From an uncultured Acidobacteriota bacterium (lineage in GTDB: Bacteria; Acidobacteriota; JAQAZP01), in the NCBI GenBank assembly GCA_963836075.1, contig CAWIIB010000009.1:576001-640000 (forward strand): 64,000 nucleotides of DNA. The letters run 5' to 3'. Below are positions 27,321 through 41,143 of this stretch, piece after piece. Numbering within the stretch: position 1 is the stretch's first letter; each line of letters opens with the position of its first letter. The notes beneath the pieces are model-generated. The model was not told where the DNA came from. It worked only from the letters and a program-made list of their open reading frames with translations, and searched no databases. A program made the translations under genes and the position numbers.

Positions 27321-27518
27321 ATGAGAACTACGCTTAACATCGAGGAAAGCCTGCTTAAGCAGGCGGCAAAGTTGACTGGGCTGAAGGAAAAAACTGCTCT
27401 CGTTCGACGCGGACTTGAGGCGCTCATTGCCTTGGAAAGCGCCCGTCGTCTGGCTACCCTTGGAGGTAGCGAGAAGAAGCTCAAGCCGATCCCGCGGCGC
27501 CGAACAAGTGCAGCATGA
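27321..27518 (+). CDS. vapB: VapB antitoxin
   Basis: MRTTLNIEESLL..EKTALVRRGLEALI..RRLATLGGSE. Confidence 0.9.
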   Translation: MRTTLNIEESLLKQAAKLTGLKEKTALVRRGLEALIALESARRLATLGGSEKKLKPIPRRRTSAA

Positions 27519-27871
27519 TTCTTGTTGATACTTCCGTCTGGATCAATCACCTGCGCAAGGCTGATGAGGAACTCTCCAAGTTCCTCGATCAGGGTGTGGT
27601 TCTGTGCCATCCTTTCGTGATTGGCGAATTGGCATGCGGCAACATGAAGAACCGAGATGAGATTCTCGAATTGTTAGCCGCACTTCCTGGAGCCGATGTA
27701 GCCAGCCATGAAGAAGCAATGCATCTTGTCACCGGTCGCCAGTTATGGGGCAAAGGTATCGGCTGGATTGATGTCCATCTACTGGCCTCAGCACTTCTGT
27801 CAAACTGCACACTTTGGACGAAAGATAAAGCTCTGCAATCCATTTCTCGCTCGCTCAATATCGGGGCGTGA
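27515..27871 (+). CDS. vapC: VapC PIN toxin
   Basis: ILVDTSVWI..HPFVIGELACG..GIGWIDVHLLAS..LWTKD. Confidence 0.92.
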   Translation: MILVDTSVWINHLRKADEELSKFLDQGVVLCHPFVIGELACGNMKNRDEILELLAALPGADVASHEEAMHLVTGRQLWGKGIGWIDVHLLASALLSNCTLWTKDKALQSISRSLNIGA

Positions 27872-27880
27872 GAAAGGGTG

Positions 27881-27920
27881 AGCTGACGTGGCACCAGCCC
27901 GCAGGTGATGGGAACTTCGT
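27881..27920 (+). repeat. Internally deleted family A attC
   Basis: agctgac joined directly to gtggcaccagcccgcaggtgatggg. Confidence 0.65.
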
Positions 27921-27927
27921 GCTGTGA

Positions 27928-28776
27928 GTGAAGAGTATGGACATGTTTGAACAACTCGAAGAGATCAACAAACGACCTGAACCGTTTGCGTGCTATACGG
28001 CGGCAGAATTGTGGACCGACACTCATACCTCGGAGCAGATGCTCGCCTGCCATCTCGATGCCGATATCGATCTGTCATCTCGTCGAGTTGAATTCATAGA
28101 CCGATCAGTGGCATGGATCGGCTCACATTTCAATGTCAGAGCTGGTACCCGGATTGCCGATTTCGGCTGCGGCCCCGGACTTTACGCCAACCGTCTGGCC
28201 AAGCTCGGTGCAAGCGTGACGGGCATTGATTTCTCCAAACGCTCGCTCAGGCACGCACGCACAGTTGCTGCAGAGGAGGGGTTGGCGGCCGAATACGTTA
28301 ACCAGAATTACCTGGAATTCGAAACCGAAGAGCGGTTCGACATTATCCTGATGATCATGTGCGACTTCTGTGCCCTCAGCCCTGAGCAGCGCATGACCAT
28401 GCTGGGGAAGTTCCAGACCCTCCTGGCGTCAGGGGGATCGGTCCTGCTCGACGTCTACTCCCGGAGTGCATTCGAACAACGTGAGGAGGCGGCCTCCTGC
28501 GAGGAGAACCTGCTCAGTGGATTCTGGTCACCCGAGAAGTACTACGGTTTCCTGAACACCTTCAAGTATGACGATATCGGCGTGGTCCTGGACAAGTACA
28601 CCATCGTCGAGGCCAGGCGTACACGGACAATCTACAACTGGCTCCAGTACTTCTCCCCGGGAGCCCTGCAGAGCGAGTTCGAGAAAGCGGGATTCACCCG
28701 CCAGGAGTTCTACGGCAATGTGGCAGGGGCACCGTTTGCTGAGTCTGCATCAGAGTTTGCCATCGTGGGGAAGTAG
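27928..28776 (+). CDS. Class I SAM-dependent methyltransferase (probable last cassette)
   Basis: IADFGCGPGLY..GIDFS. Confidence 0.9.
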   Translation: MKSMDMFEQLEEINKRPEPFACYTAAELWTDTHTSEQMLACHLDADIDLSSRRVEFIDRSVAWIGSHFNVRAGTRIADFGCGPGLYANRLAKLGASVTGIDFSKRSLRHARTVAAEEGLAAEYVNQNYLEFETEERFDIILMIMCDFCALSPEQRMTMLGKFQTLLASGGSVLLDVYSRSAFEQREEAASCEENLLSGFWSPEKYYGFLNTFKYDDIGVVLDKYTIVEARRTRTIYNWLQYFSPGALQSEFEKAGFTRQEFYGNVAGAPFAESASEFAIVGK

Positions 28777-28804
28777 GGACCTTTTCCATCTCTTGCGGTG
28801 AGAT

Positions 28805-31504
28805 ATGCGGGATAGAATGGAACAAATGATCGGCCAGAGCCTTGCCCACTACAAGATCATCGCTGCCCTCGGGGCCGGCGGAATGGGTGAGGTGTACCGT
28901 GCCACAGATACGACGCTGAACCGTGACGTCGCCATCAAGGTACTCCCGGCGGAAGTGGCGCAAGACTCCCAGCGACTGGCCCGCTTACGCCGCGAGGCAC
29001 AGCTTCTCGCTGCCCTGAACCACCCGAACATCGCGGCGATCTACGGACTGGAGGAGGCGAAGGGGAAGTCCTTCCTGGCTCTTGAGCTGGTCGAGGGCGA
29101 GGACCTCAAGGAGCGCCTCGAGCGGGGTGCGGTTCCCGTCGACGAAGCGCTGGAGATTGCGGAGCAGATCGCGGAGGCCCTCGAGGAGGCGCACAACAAG
29201 GGGATCGTCCACCGCGACCTCAAGCCCGCCAACGTCAAGATCACCCCTGATGGCAAGGCGAAAGTCCTCGACTTCGGTCTCGCCAAGGCCTGGGCCGGCG
29301 ACGACGTCGGTGGGACGTCGGCGGCGGCCCAGTCGGAGTCACTGACTCTGACGCACGCCGGCACGGTGCCCGGCAGGATCATGGGCACGGCAGCGTACAT
29401 GTCACCCGAGCAGGCGCGGGGCAAGCCGGTGGACAAGCGGGCAGACGTCTGGTCCTTCGGCGTGGTGCTGTGGGAGATGCTGACTGGCCAGGCGCTCTTC
29501 CGGGGCGATACGGTGGCCGACGTCATCGCGGCAGTCGTGACGATGGAGCCGGACCTCGACGCGGTGCCGTCCACCACGCCGCCGGCGGTGCGCCGCCTGC
29601 TCGCGCTCTGTCTCCGCAAGGACCCGCGCACTCGACTGCCCGATATCGGTGCCGCCCGCCTGGAATTACAGGAACTGCTTGCGGGCTCCACATTGGAACC
29701 CGGGGCCGCCGGGACAGACCACGATTCCTCCGGCGCCACGAAGGTTCGGCGCCTCGTGCGGCAGAGATGGGCCTGGGCGGCGGCGCTCCTTGTGACCGCC
29801 GGACTGGCCGGTTTCTTAACTGTGGCCCTGCTCACGCAAACCCCGGAAGCGCAGCCCGCCGTGCACTTCATCTTCGACCCACCCGAGAACGTAACCCTCT
29901 CCGACTTCAATCCCCTTGCCGTGTCGCCCGAGGGCAGCACCATCGTATTCGCCGGCTGGCCTCCCGTTGGTGCGAAGCAACTCTGGACGCGCACCCTGGA
30001 CGTGCCGGAGGTCCAGGCGCTTCCCGGGACGGAAGGCGCAGGTCAGCCCTTCTGGTCTCCCGACGGTTCGTCGATCGCGTTCTTTGCCGAGGGCGAACTG
30101 AGGAAGCTGAGCCTGGCGAGCGGGAAGGTCCAGAAAATCTGCTTACTTCCTCCCGGTTGCCCCGGCCCCGCGGGTACCTGGAGCAATGAGGGCACCATTA
30201 TTTTCTCGACAGGAACGGTAAAAGGGCTGTTCCGGGTCCCAGCAGCGGGAGGGGAACCCAGGCCCCTGACAACGCCCGACGAGCAAACACACCACTGGTG
30301 GCCGCAATTCCTGCCCGACGGGCGCCGCTTCATCTTCGAAATCTACAGCCTGCAGGCGGGGAAGAAGGGTGTCTACGTGTCCTCTCTTGATGCGCCCGAC
30401 CAGTGGCGCCTTCTTCTGCCCGTACCTATGCGCACCCGGTACGGCTCGGGGCAGCTGCTCTACGTGCAGGATGGCAGCACCCTCCTGGCGCGGCCCTTCG
30501 ACATCGCACGAGCAGAACTCGCGGGTGATCCGGTGGCGGTGGCATCGCCCGTGGCCTCGGGCAGGGTTCCCCGCTGGGGGTGGTTCTCGGTCTCGGCCGG
30601 AGGCGTCCTGACCTATCTCGAGGGAACCACCAATACCCAGCTCGTGTGGCTCGACCGAGCGGGGAAGCGGCTCGGGACGCTCGGGGCCCCCGGGCGCTAC
30701 GAAGGCCCGATCATCCTCTCGCCGGACGACAGCCGCGTTGCGGTGGAGATCATCGCCGGAGACGGGTTGTGGGACATCTGGGTGGTCGACGTGGCCCGCG
30801 GGTTGGCCAGCCGCGTGACCACCGGCCCCCCGCAGTCGACGGACCCGGTCTGGTCCCCGGACAGCCGGGAGCTCATTTTCGAGAGAGGTTCCGGCGGCGG
30901 TGATCTCTATCGCAAGGATCTGCGGATCGGCGCCAATGCGTCGCCGCTGCTGGAGACCTCCCAGGGCGAGATCCCGGAGGACTGGTCGCGCGACGGGAAG
31001 ATCCTGCTCTACCGCACAACCGGGGAGGAGAGCGCCCTGTGGGCGCTGCCCCTGGACGGGGACGGCTCACCCGAGCTGGTGATCAAAACCGGATTCTCGT
31101 TGCGCCAGGCGCAGATGTCTCCCGACGGGCGGTGGCTGGCCTACATGTCCAACGAGTCTGGACAATTCGAGGTCTACGTCGAGCCGTTCCGTCGACCGGG
31201 CGAGCGGGTGCGCGTCTCCCCCGACGGCGGCAGTCAGCCCAGGTGGCGTGGCGACGGGAAGGAGCTCTTCTACCTGTCTCCCGACGGGCCGCTGATGGCT
31301 GTGGATGTCCGGGAGGGAGCTTCGGGACCCGATGTGGGGATGCCTGCAGTGCTCATTCCCGCCGATAAGGCCGGAGCGCGGCTGTGGGGAAGCGACGACT
31401 ACGCGGTCACCGCGGACGGCCAGCGCTTCCTGGTGAAGACGCGCGTCGAAGAGGAGGACCGGCGGATCCACGTTTTCCTCAACTGGACCTCGCTGCTGGA
31501 GTGA
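28805..31504 (+). CDS. Hanks-type Ser/Thr kinase with TM and TolB/PD40 beta-propeller
   Basis: LGAGGMGEVY, VAIK, HRDLKPAN, DFGLAK and YMSPEQ motifs; WSPDG repeats. Confidence 0.95.
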   Translation: MRDRMEQMIGQSLAHYKIIAALGAGGMGEVYRATDTTLNRDVAIKVLPAEVAQDSQRLARLRREAQLLAALNHPNIAAIYGLEEAKGKSFLALELVEGEDLKERLERGAVPVDEALEIAEQIAEALEEAHNKGIVHRDLKPANVKITPDGKAKVLDFGLAKAWAGDDVGGTSAAAQSESLTLTHAGTVPGRIMGTAAYMSPEQARGKPVDKRADVWSFGVVLWEMLTGQALFRGDTVADVIAAVVTMEPDLDAVPSTTPPAVRRLLALCLRKDPRTRLPDIGAARLELQELLAGSTLEPGAAGTDHDSSGATKVRRLVRQRWAWAAALLVTAGLAGFLTVALLTQTPEAQPAVHFIFDPPENVTLSDFNPLAVSPEGSTIVFAGWPPVGAKQLWTRTLDVPEVQALPGTEGAGQPFWSPDGSSIAFFAEGELRKLSLASGKVQKICLLPPGCPGPAGTWSNEGTIIFSTGTVKGLFRVPAAGGEPRPLTTPDEQTHHWWPQFLPDGRRFIFEIYSLQAGKKGVYVSSLDAPDQWRLLLPVPMRTRYGSGQLLYVQDGSTLLARPFDIARAELAGDPVAVASPVASGRVPRWGWFSVSAGGVLTYLEGTTNTQLVWLDRAGKRLGTLGAPGRYEGPIILSPDDSRVAVEIIAGDGLWDIWVVDVARGLASRVTTGPPQSTDPVWSPDSRELIFERGSGGGDLYRKDLRIGANASPLLETSQGEIPEDWSRDGKILLYRTTGEESALWALPLDGDGSPELVIKTGFSLRQAQMSPDGRWLAYMSNESGQFEVYVEPFRRPGERVRVSPDGGSQPRWRGDGKELFYLSPDGPLMAVDVREGASGPDVGMPAVLIPADKAGARLWGSDDYAVTADGQRFLVKTRVEEEDRRIHVFLNWTSLLE

Positions 31505-31619
31505 CGCGTCAGAGCGCGCGGCCAGGAGAACGATTCTCGCCCGTCCGAAGCCGTCCGGCGACCGAAGAAAAGATCAAGCGATGCAAGCCCCGGCCCCAGA
31601 AGTGATATGATCTTCGGCC

Positions 31620-32522
31620 ATGAGCACTGAGACTCCAGCGAAGAAGAATCCCGGCCTGCTCCGGGACCTGCTGACCCTGATGAAGGCCCGGATCACCGTG
31701 GCCACCACCGTGACCACCGGCGCGGGCTATATCCTCGCTGCTGGTGAGATGCGCGGGGAGATCATCTTCCCTCTGCTGGGCACTTTCCTGCTCGCCTCCG
31801 GCTCGTCGGCGCTGAACCAGTGCCAGGAGGTGGAGATCGACGCGCGGATGCCGCGCACCCGCAACCGCCCGCTGCCCGCAGGACGGATCAGCCTCTCCGC
31901 GGCGCTCTTCTTCTCCATCCTGCTGATCCTCTTCGGGCTCTATTTCCTCGCCTCGGTGGAACGAAACACCCTGCTGCTGCTCGGGCTGGGAGCGTTTGCC
32001 GTCTTCTGGTACAACGGGGTCTACGTCTATCTCAAGCGGTTCACCGCTTTTGCCGCGGTGCCCGGGGCTCTGGTGGGGGCCCTGCCGCCGATGATCGGCT
32101 GGGTTGCAGCGGGCGGTGAGTTGGGCGACCCGCTGATCCTGCTGCTGGCCGCTTTTTTCTTCATCTGGCAAATCCCCCACTTCTGGCTGCTGCTGCTGAT
32201 GCAGGGGGATGAATACGAGGCCGCCGGCCTGCCCACCTTGACGGCGGTCTTTTCGCCGGGACAGCTCTTCCGCATCACCTTCATGTGGGTTCTGGCCACC
32301 GCGGTGGCCGGGATCGTCCTGCCGGCCGTCGCCCGCAACGCCGTACCCTGGTACTGGGGCGTGGCCATGGCCGGGGCCTCGCTCTGGCTGGCGATGAAAG
32401 CCGTGGTGCTGCTCCGGCCCCCCGCACCTGACCTGCGGCGCACCTACGTCAAATCGTTCATCCACATCAATATCTACGCCCTGCTGATCACCGTCTGTCT
32501 CTCACTGGCCGCCCTGAAATAA
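31620..32522 (+). CDS. cyoE: Protoheme IX farnesyltransferase
   Basis: ALNQ..E..ID..M.RTRNRPLP.G, GALPP.IGW and WQIPHFW motifs. Confidence 0.92.
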   Translation: MSTETPAKKNPGLLRDLLTLMKARITVATTVTTGAGYILAAGEMRGEIIFPLLGTFLLASGSSALNQCQEVEIDARMPRTRNRPLPAGRISLSAALFFSILLILFGLYFLASVERNTLLLLGLGAFAVFWYNGVYVYLKRFTAFAAVPGALVGALPPMIGWVAAGGELGDPLILLLAAFFFIWQIPHFWLLLLMQGDEYEAAGLPTLTAVFSPGQLFRITFMWVLATAVAGIVLPAVARNAVPWYWGVAMAGASLWLAMKAVVLLRPPAPDLRRTYVKSFIHINIYALLITVCLSLAALK

Positions 32523-32665
32523 CCTGCGGTCCGGGACAGTCCGAAGCGGTTGATTCCTAACGTTTTCCCCTCTCAGACAAGTTATTTTTCGTCAAGTCTG
32601 CTCCTGAAATGCCGAAATAATAAGGTATCGAGCAATATAAGAGCATCGCCCTCGATGCTGTACAT

Positions 32666-35600
32666 ATGTTTAATCGGTCTGGAGCCGGGATGACACCCAT
32701 GGGAGCTATTTCAATGCCTACTAAACCAACGGCAGTGTACTGCCTCATCGCGGTTCTGGCGGTCTTCAGCGTCATGGTCACGCCGGCGCCGGCAGCCCAG
32801 GGACAGAACGTCACCTTCGATCACATCACGATCAGGGATGGCCTGTCCCAGAGTTCGGTGTTCACCATCCTCCAGGACCGGCAGGGGTTCATGTGGTTCG
32901 GCACCGAGGACGGACTGAACCGCTACGACGGCTACCAGTTCGTCACCTACAAGAACGACCCCGAGTGGCCCACCAGCCTGAGTTACAACTACATCAAGGC
33001 GATTCTCCAGGACCGCGACGGTGTCCTCTGGGTGGGCACCTACGGCGGAGGGCTGAACCGCTTCAATCCCGTCACCGCCGACTTTACCTGCCAGCGCAAG
33101 GTGGAAGGTGATCCGCAAAGCCTGTGCAACGACCGAATCACCGTGCTCTGTGAAGACTCCAGTGGTGCGCTCTGGGTGGGGACCGAGGACGGTTTGAGCC
33201 GGCGGGACAGGGAAACCGGACAGTTCACCAGCTACCGCAATGATCCGGCCAATCCGTACAGCCTCGGCAGCAACGCCATCACCGCCCTGGCTGAAGACAC
33301 GTCGGGCCGTCTCTGGGTCGGCACCGCAGACCGGGGTATCTCGCTCTACGACAGATCCACCGGCCAGTTCCGCCAATACGACCTGGAACCGTCCGGTCTG
33401 GGCGGACTACTGGGGGCCAACACCGTTCACTCGCTCTATCTCGACTCCACCGGCGCCATTCATGCCGGCACGGGGTACGGCCTGTTCGCATTCGACGAGA
33501 CCGGGGACCGCTTCGCCAGTGCTGCGGAACAGCGCGGCGCCGGCCAGCTGCGCCAGGAGGCGATCTCCGCCACCTTCGAGGACAGCAACGGCACCTTCTG
33601 GTTCGGGGCGCAGAACAGCGGTCTGTTCAGCTTCGACCGCCGGGCCGAGGAGCTGCGGCACTGCCGCCCGGTGGCCAACGACGACAGCTCCCTCGCCGGC
33701 AGCAACGTCTATTCCATCTACGAGGACCGGACCGGGGTGCTCTGGATCGGCACCGACATGGGGGTCAACAAGCACGACATCCGCAAATCGTACTTTGTCC
33801 ACCACCGGTCGATCTTCCAGGACCCGACGAGCCTCAGCGACAACTACGTCCGCTGCTTCCACGAGGACCGGGACGGTTTGATCTGGATCGGCACCTACGG
33901 CGGCCTCAATGTCTTCAACCCGCACAACGGCCTCTTCTCCAGCAACCGGCACGACCCCGGCAACCCGGGCAGTATCAGCGACAACAAGGTGATGTCCATC
34001 GCCGCCGACCCGGACGGATCGGTCTGGCTGGCCACGCACAAGGGGCTCGACAACTACAACCGGACGAGCCGAACCTTCTCCCATCACCGCCACGACCCGC
34101 TGGATGAAACGAGTATCAGCGACGACCTGGTGCGCGTGACCTTTATTGACAGCGCCGGCGGCCTCTGGCTGGGCACCAGGCGCGGGCTCAACCGCTACGA
34201 CCGCCGGCAGGACAGTTTTACGCGATTTCTCAGTTCGGCTGACGACACGTCCACCCTCAGCCAGGACTATGTCTATTGTATCGGGGAGGACAACCAGGGA
34301 AACCTCTGGGTCGGCACCATCGACGGGCTCAACCGTCTCGACCGCGACAGCGGCACTTTCACCCGCTACTATGCCGATCCCGCTGACAGGACCAGCCTGA
34401 GCAGCAGTGAAGTTCTCTCGCTCTGCGAAGACAGCCGGGGCATTCTCTGGGTCGGCACTACCAGCGGTCTCAACCGCTATAACCAGGCCAGCGACACCTT
34501 CACCTACTACCTGGAAAAGGACGGCCTGCCCAACAACTGCATCTACACCATCCTCGAGGACGGCAAGGGCAACCTCTGGATGAGCACCAACCGCGGCATT
34601 TCCATGTTCGACCCGGCCCGCGAGACCTTCGTCAACTACACCGTGACCGACGGTCTGCAGAACGAAGAGTTCAACCTGGGGTCCAGCTTCAGGAGCAGGA
34701 ACGGCAGTCTCTGGTTTGGCGGGATCAACGGGTTCAACATCATCGATCCCGACGGGATCCGCAAGAACGACCAGGTCCCGCCCATGGTGATCACCGAGCT
34801 GAAGATCTTCAACCGCTCGTCCAGCGGTCGGGTGGAAAAGGACGCCACGGGCACCATTGCCGGCCAGGAGAAGATCGAACTCTCCTGGAAGGACTACGGG
34901 TTCCAGGTGGCCTTTGCCGCGCTGCACTACTCCAACCCGGAGAAGAACCGCTACTCCGTGATGCTCGAGGGTTTCGACACCGGCTGGATCAACCTGGGCA
35001 ACCGGCGCGAAGCGACATACAACAACCTGCCGCCCGGCGACTACACCCTGAGGATCAAGGGCTGCAACGCCGACGGATTCTGGAACGAGGGCGGCGCCGA
35101 AGTCCAGCTCTCGGTCCTGCCGCCGTTCTGGGCCACCGCCTGGTTCAAGATCGCGGCTATCCTCGGCGGCCTGCTGCTGCTGGCCGGCGTGATCCACCTG
35201 CGCACCCGTTCGGTGCGCAAGCAGAACCAGCGGCTGGAGCAGCGGGTTGAACTGCGCACCACCGAGATGAAGAAGTCGAACCGCGAGCTGCGCAAGGAGA
35301 TCGTGGTCCGCAAGAGACTGGAGGCCGAAGCGCGCCGGCGCGCGGCCCAGGCCGCCCTGATCCACCAGGTGGGCCAGCGGTTGAGCAGCGAGCTGAACAT
35401 CGAATCGCTGCTCGGCGACACGGTCCAGGCGATACGCGACACGTTCGACTACTACGGCGTGATGCTGCTGATCAAGGACGAGAAGAGCGACCAGCTGGTG
35501 CTCAAGGCCATTGCCGGCGGATACAGCGAGATCTTTCCTGCGGACCTGACCATCCCGGTGGGCCAGGGCATGGTGGGGCGGGCCGCCATGTCGGGTGCGG

Positions 35601-38260
35601 CCCAGGTGAGCGGCAACGTCTGCAGCGATCCCCACTACATCAGGGTCGCCGACGAGAAGACCACCTCCGAGCTCTCGATTCCCATCTGCAGCGGCGAGAC
35701 GGTGATCGGAGTGCTCGATATCCAGAGCCGGGAGGCCGACGTCTTCGACGAGATGGACATCGAGGCGATGCAGACTCTGAGCGTCCAGATTTCGTCAGCC
35801 ATCGAGAACGCCCGGCTCTACGAAGAGGCCAACACGCTCTACGAGCAGGCCAACAGTGAAATCGAGATCCGCAAAGCCGTGGAGCGGGAACTTCGCACGG
35901 CCAAGGATCTCGCCGAGTCGGCCACCGTGGCCAAAAGCGAGTTCCTGGCCAATATGAGCCACGAGATCCGCACGCCGATGAACGGCGTGATCGGGATGAC
36001 CGGACTGCTCCTCGGCACCCGGTTGAGTCCCGAGCAGCGGGAGTATGCGGAAATCGTCAGCAACAGCGCCGACACCCTGCTGACGGTGATCAATGACATC
36101 CTCGACTACTCGAAGATCGAGGCGGGAAAGATCGACCTGGAAGAAATCGAATTCAACGTCCGCAACACCATCGACACCGTGGTGGACATGATGAGCCTGC
36201 GGGCCGAGGAGAAGGGGCTGGAATTCAACTACCTGGTTGACCAGAAAATCCCCACCATGCTCAAGGGTGACCCCGGCCGGATGAAACAGGTCCTGCTCAA
36301 CCTGGTGAACAACGCGATCAAGTTCACCGAGAAGGGCGAGGTCTTCATCAACGCCGAACTGGAAAAAGACTACGGCGAGGACGTTACGATGAAGATTTCG
36401 GTGATCGACACCGGGATCGGCGTTCCCCAGGAGGGACGGGACAACTTGTTCAAGTCTTTTACCCAGGTCGATTCGTCCACCACCAGGCAATATGGCGGCT
36501 CCGGTCTGGGCCTGGCCATCTCCAAAAATCTGGTGGAGCTGATGGACGGCCGTATCGGCATGGAGAGCGCCCCCGGCTCGGGCTCGGCGTTCTGGTTCAC
36601 GGTGACCATGAGCAAGGGCCGCCAGCTGACCGAATTCAACATGGACAAGGGCCTCGACCTGCGGAGCAAACGGGTCCTCATCGTCGACGACAACGCCACC
36701 AACCGCTTCGTGCTGCGCGAGCAGATGAAATCCTGGGGTTGCAGCTACGAGGAGGCCAAATGCGGGCCGGAAGCGCTGGAGAAGCTGTCCCAGGCCTCGG
36801 CGCAAGGGGTTCCTTTCGACATCGTCCTGGTGGACATGATGATGCCGGGGATGAACGGCGAAACCCTGGGACGGAAGATCATGGGGGACGAACAGCTGTC
36901 GAGTTCGATCCTGATCATGCTCACCTCGGTGGGCCGGCGGGGTGACGCAACCCGGGCCCACGACATCGGGTTCTCGGCCTACCTGACCAAGCCGATCAAA
37001 CAGTCGCACCTCTACGACTGCATGGTCTCGGTGGTTTCCAAGGGGCTGGACGCCCGGATCGTCGCCCCCAAGCTGATCGTCACCAGGCACTCAATCGCCG
37101 AGCAGAAGAAACATGGCGCCCGGTTCCTGCTGGCCGAGGACAACCTGATCAACCAGAAGGTGGCCATCAGGATCATCGAGAGCATGGGCTTCTCCATCCA
37201 AGCGGTCAACAACGGTCAGGAAGCGGTGGAACGGCTGGAACGGGAAAAATACGACCTGGTGCTGATGGATGTGCAGATGCCGGTGATGGACGGGTTCAAG
37301 GCGACCCAGGCCATCCGCACCTCCGATATCATCGACAACGAGATCCCGATTATCGCCATGACCGCCCACGCGATGAAGGGCGACCGCGAACGGTGCCTCG
37401 ACGCCGGCATGGACGACTACGTGCCCAAGCCAATCAACCAGGGAGATCTGCGCAAGGCCATCGACCGCCAGCTCTCGAGAATGCCGAGAGACACGCAGGA
37501 GCCGGATAGTGATTCCGCAACGGACACGGACGACCAGCGGTCAGCGGATGAAGCCCTATTGCCCATGGAGGCCCAGGACCAGGACGACGTCCCGGCGCAG
37601 CCCGCTCCAGCGGGAGATGACTCTCCGGACCATGCCGGGGATCCGTTGCTGGAGATCGCCCTGGCGCTGGACAAATCCCTGGTCCAGGCCGATCCTCCGG
37701 TGGTGGATGAGCCCCCGGTGAAGGAGGTGGACCCGGCTCAGGTGCGCGACCCGCTGCTGGAAATTGCCCTGGCCCAGGTCGAGGCCCCGGCTCTTGACGT
37801 CGCGCCGACAGAGAGTGCTGCCCCGGATGAGGATGATGCCCCGCTTGAAGGAACGGCCCCGGAGGACGTTGCCCCGTCAACGGAGGATGAACCGATGGAC
37901 CAGAACATCGACCGTGAAGCCTATTTCGACCGTTCCGAACTGGCGGAACGCCTCGGCGGTGATGATGAGGTGGTGGAGGAAGTGGTGGAATTTTTCCTCC
38001 AGGAGGTCCCGCTGCAGATGGATGAGCTGCGCAAGGCGCTTGAAGAGTGCGACTTTCACCAGGTCCAGGAACTGGCCCACGGCATGAAGGGATCCTGCCT
38101 CAACGTGGCCGCCGGCACCATGGGCCAGGCAGCCATGGAGATCGAGTCCCTCTGCAAGGAAAACGAGTTGGACAAGGTTCCCCAGGCCACCGACAAGCTG
38201 GCCTGTGTGTTCGACACGACGAAAAAGGTGATCACCGGGCAAAACACCCCGGACGCATAG
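32666..38260 (+). CDS. Hybrid sensor kinase: beta-propeller sensor, YYY, TM, GAF, HisKA/HATPase, two REC, Hpt
   Basis: LWVGT repeats; [15 protein letters not shown]; GSGLGL; two receiver domains; AHGMKGS. Confidence 0.95.
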   Translation: MFNRSGAGMTPMGAISMPTKPTAVYCLIAVLAVFSVMVTPAPAAQGQNVTFDHITIRDGLSQSSVFTILQDRQGFMWFGTEDGLNRYDGYQFVTYKNDPEWPTSLSYNYIKAILQDRDGVLWVGTYGGGLNRFNPVTADFTCQRKVEGDPQSLCNDRITVLCEDSSGALWVGTEDGLSRRDRETGQFTSYRNDPANPYSLGSNAITALAEDTSGRLWVGTADRGISLYDRSTGQFRQYDLEPSGLGGLLGANTVHSLYLDSTGAIHAGTGYGLFAFDETGDRFASAAEQRGAGQLRQEAISATFEDSNGTFWFGAQNSGLFSFDRRAEELRHCRPVANDDSSLAGSNVYSIYEDRTGVLWIGTDMGVNKHDIRKSYFVHHRSIFQDPTSLSDNYVRCFHEDRDGLIWIGTYGGLNVFNPHNGLFSSNRHDPGNPGSISDNKVMSIAADPDGSVWLATHKGLDNYNRTSRTFSHHRHDPLDETSISDDLVRVTFIDSAGGLWLGTRRGLNRYDRRQDSFTRFLSSADDTSTLSQDYVYCIGEDNQGNLWVGTIDGLNRLDRDSGTFTRYYADPADRTSLSSSEVLSLCEDSRGILWVGTTSGLNRYNQASDTFTYYLEKDGLPNNCIYTILEDGKGNLWMSTNRGISMFDPARETFVNYTVTDGLQNEEFNLGSSFRSRNGSLWFGGINGFNIIDPDGIRKNDQVPPMVITELKIFNRSSSGRVEKDATGTIAGQEKIELSWKDYGFQVAFAALHYSNPEKNRYSVMLEGFDTGWINLGNRREATYNNLPPGDYTLRIKGCNADGFWNEGGAEVQLSVLPPFWATAWFKIAAILGGLLLLAGVIHLRTRSVRKQNQRLEQRVELRTTEMKKSNRELRKEIVVRKRLEAEARRRAAQAALIHQVGQRLSSELNIESLLGDTVQAIRDTFDYYGVMLLIKDEKSDQLVLKAIAGGYSEIFPADLTIPVGQGMVGRAAMSGAAQVSGNVCSDPHYIRVADEKTTSELSIPICSGETVIGVLDIQSREADVFDEMDIEAMQTLSVQISSAIENARLYEEANTLYEQANSEIEIRKAVERELRTAKDLAESATVAKSEFLANMSHEIRTPMNGVIGMTGLLLGTRLSPEQREYAEIVSNSADTLLTVINDILDYSKIEAGKIDLEEIEFNVRNTIDTVVDMMSLRAEEKGLEFNYLVDQKIPTMLKGDPGRMKQVLLNLVNNAIKFTEKGEVFINAELEKDYGEDVTMKISVIDTGIGVPQEGRDNLFKSFTQVDSSTTRQYGGSGLGLAISKNLVELMDGRIGMESAPGSGSAFWFTVTMSKGRQLTEFNMDKGLDLRSKRVLIVDDNATNRFVLREQMKSWGCSYEEAKCGPEALEKLSQASAQGVPFDIVLVDMMMPGMNGETLGRKIMGDEQLSSSILIMLTSVGRRGDATRAHDIGFSAYLTKPIKQSHLYDCMVSVVSKGLDARIVAPKLIVTRHSIAEQKKHGARFLLAEDNLINQKVAIRIIESMGFSIQAVNNGQEAVERLEREKYDLVLMDVQMPVMDGFKATQAIRTSDIIDNEIPIIAMTAHAMKGDRERCLDAGMDDYVPKPINQGDLRKAIDRQLSRMPRDTQEPDSDSATDTDDQRSADEALLPMEAQDQDDVPAQPAPAGDDSPDHAGDPLLEIALALDKSLVQADPPVVDEPPVKEVDPAQVRDPLLEIALAQVEAPALDVAPTESAAPDEDDAPLEGTAPEDVAPSTEDEPMDQNIDREAYFDRSELAERLGGDDEVVEEVVEFFLQEVPLQMDELRKALEECDFHQVQELAHGMKGSCLNVAAGTMGQAAMEIESLCKENELDKVPQATDKLACVFDTTKKVITGQNTPDA

Positions 38261-38294
38261 GGCGAACCGGCCTGGAAAACCTCTGTGCCCCACG

Positions 38295-38331
38295 ACCGGA
38301 TCCGGCGGACCGTCGGATCCGGTTTTCTGTT
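38295..38331 (+). terminator. Intrinsic terminator
   Basis: accggatccggc / gtcggatccggt stem followed by tttctgtt. Confidence 0.7.
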
Positions 38332-38456
38332 GTACGCCCCGCCCGGCCCGTCGAAAAATCTTGTGAACAACCCCGCCATCGAACATAATAAATGGTTGAC
38401 ACAAACAATGGACAACAGCACGGCCGGCGCCACACCCGTCCCAGCGGAGAAGGAAA

Positions 38457-41111
<2,655 letters not shown>

Positions 41112-41143
41112 CCCGGGTCACGAAGACGTGACATGGCCAGGCT

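Larger units (their letters stand above)
1..28776 (+). mobile_element. Integron gene-cassette array (distal part; intI/attI not in window)
   Basis: About 39 imperfect palindromes bounded by ..AAC and GTT.. separate single ORFs or gene pairs, all on +. Each cassette start is usually complementary to its own end. Confidence 0.95.

Noticed and set aside
113-27920. CRISPR array or REP cluster
   Set aside because: Repeats are 75-165 bp palindromes with AAC/GTT ends separated by whole genes, and no cas genes are present. This is attC architecture.
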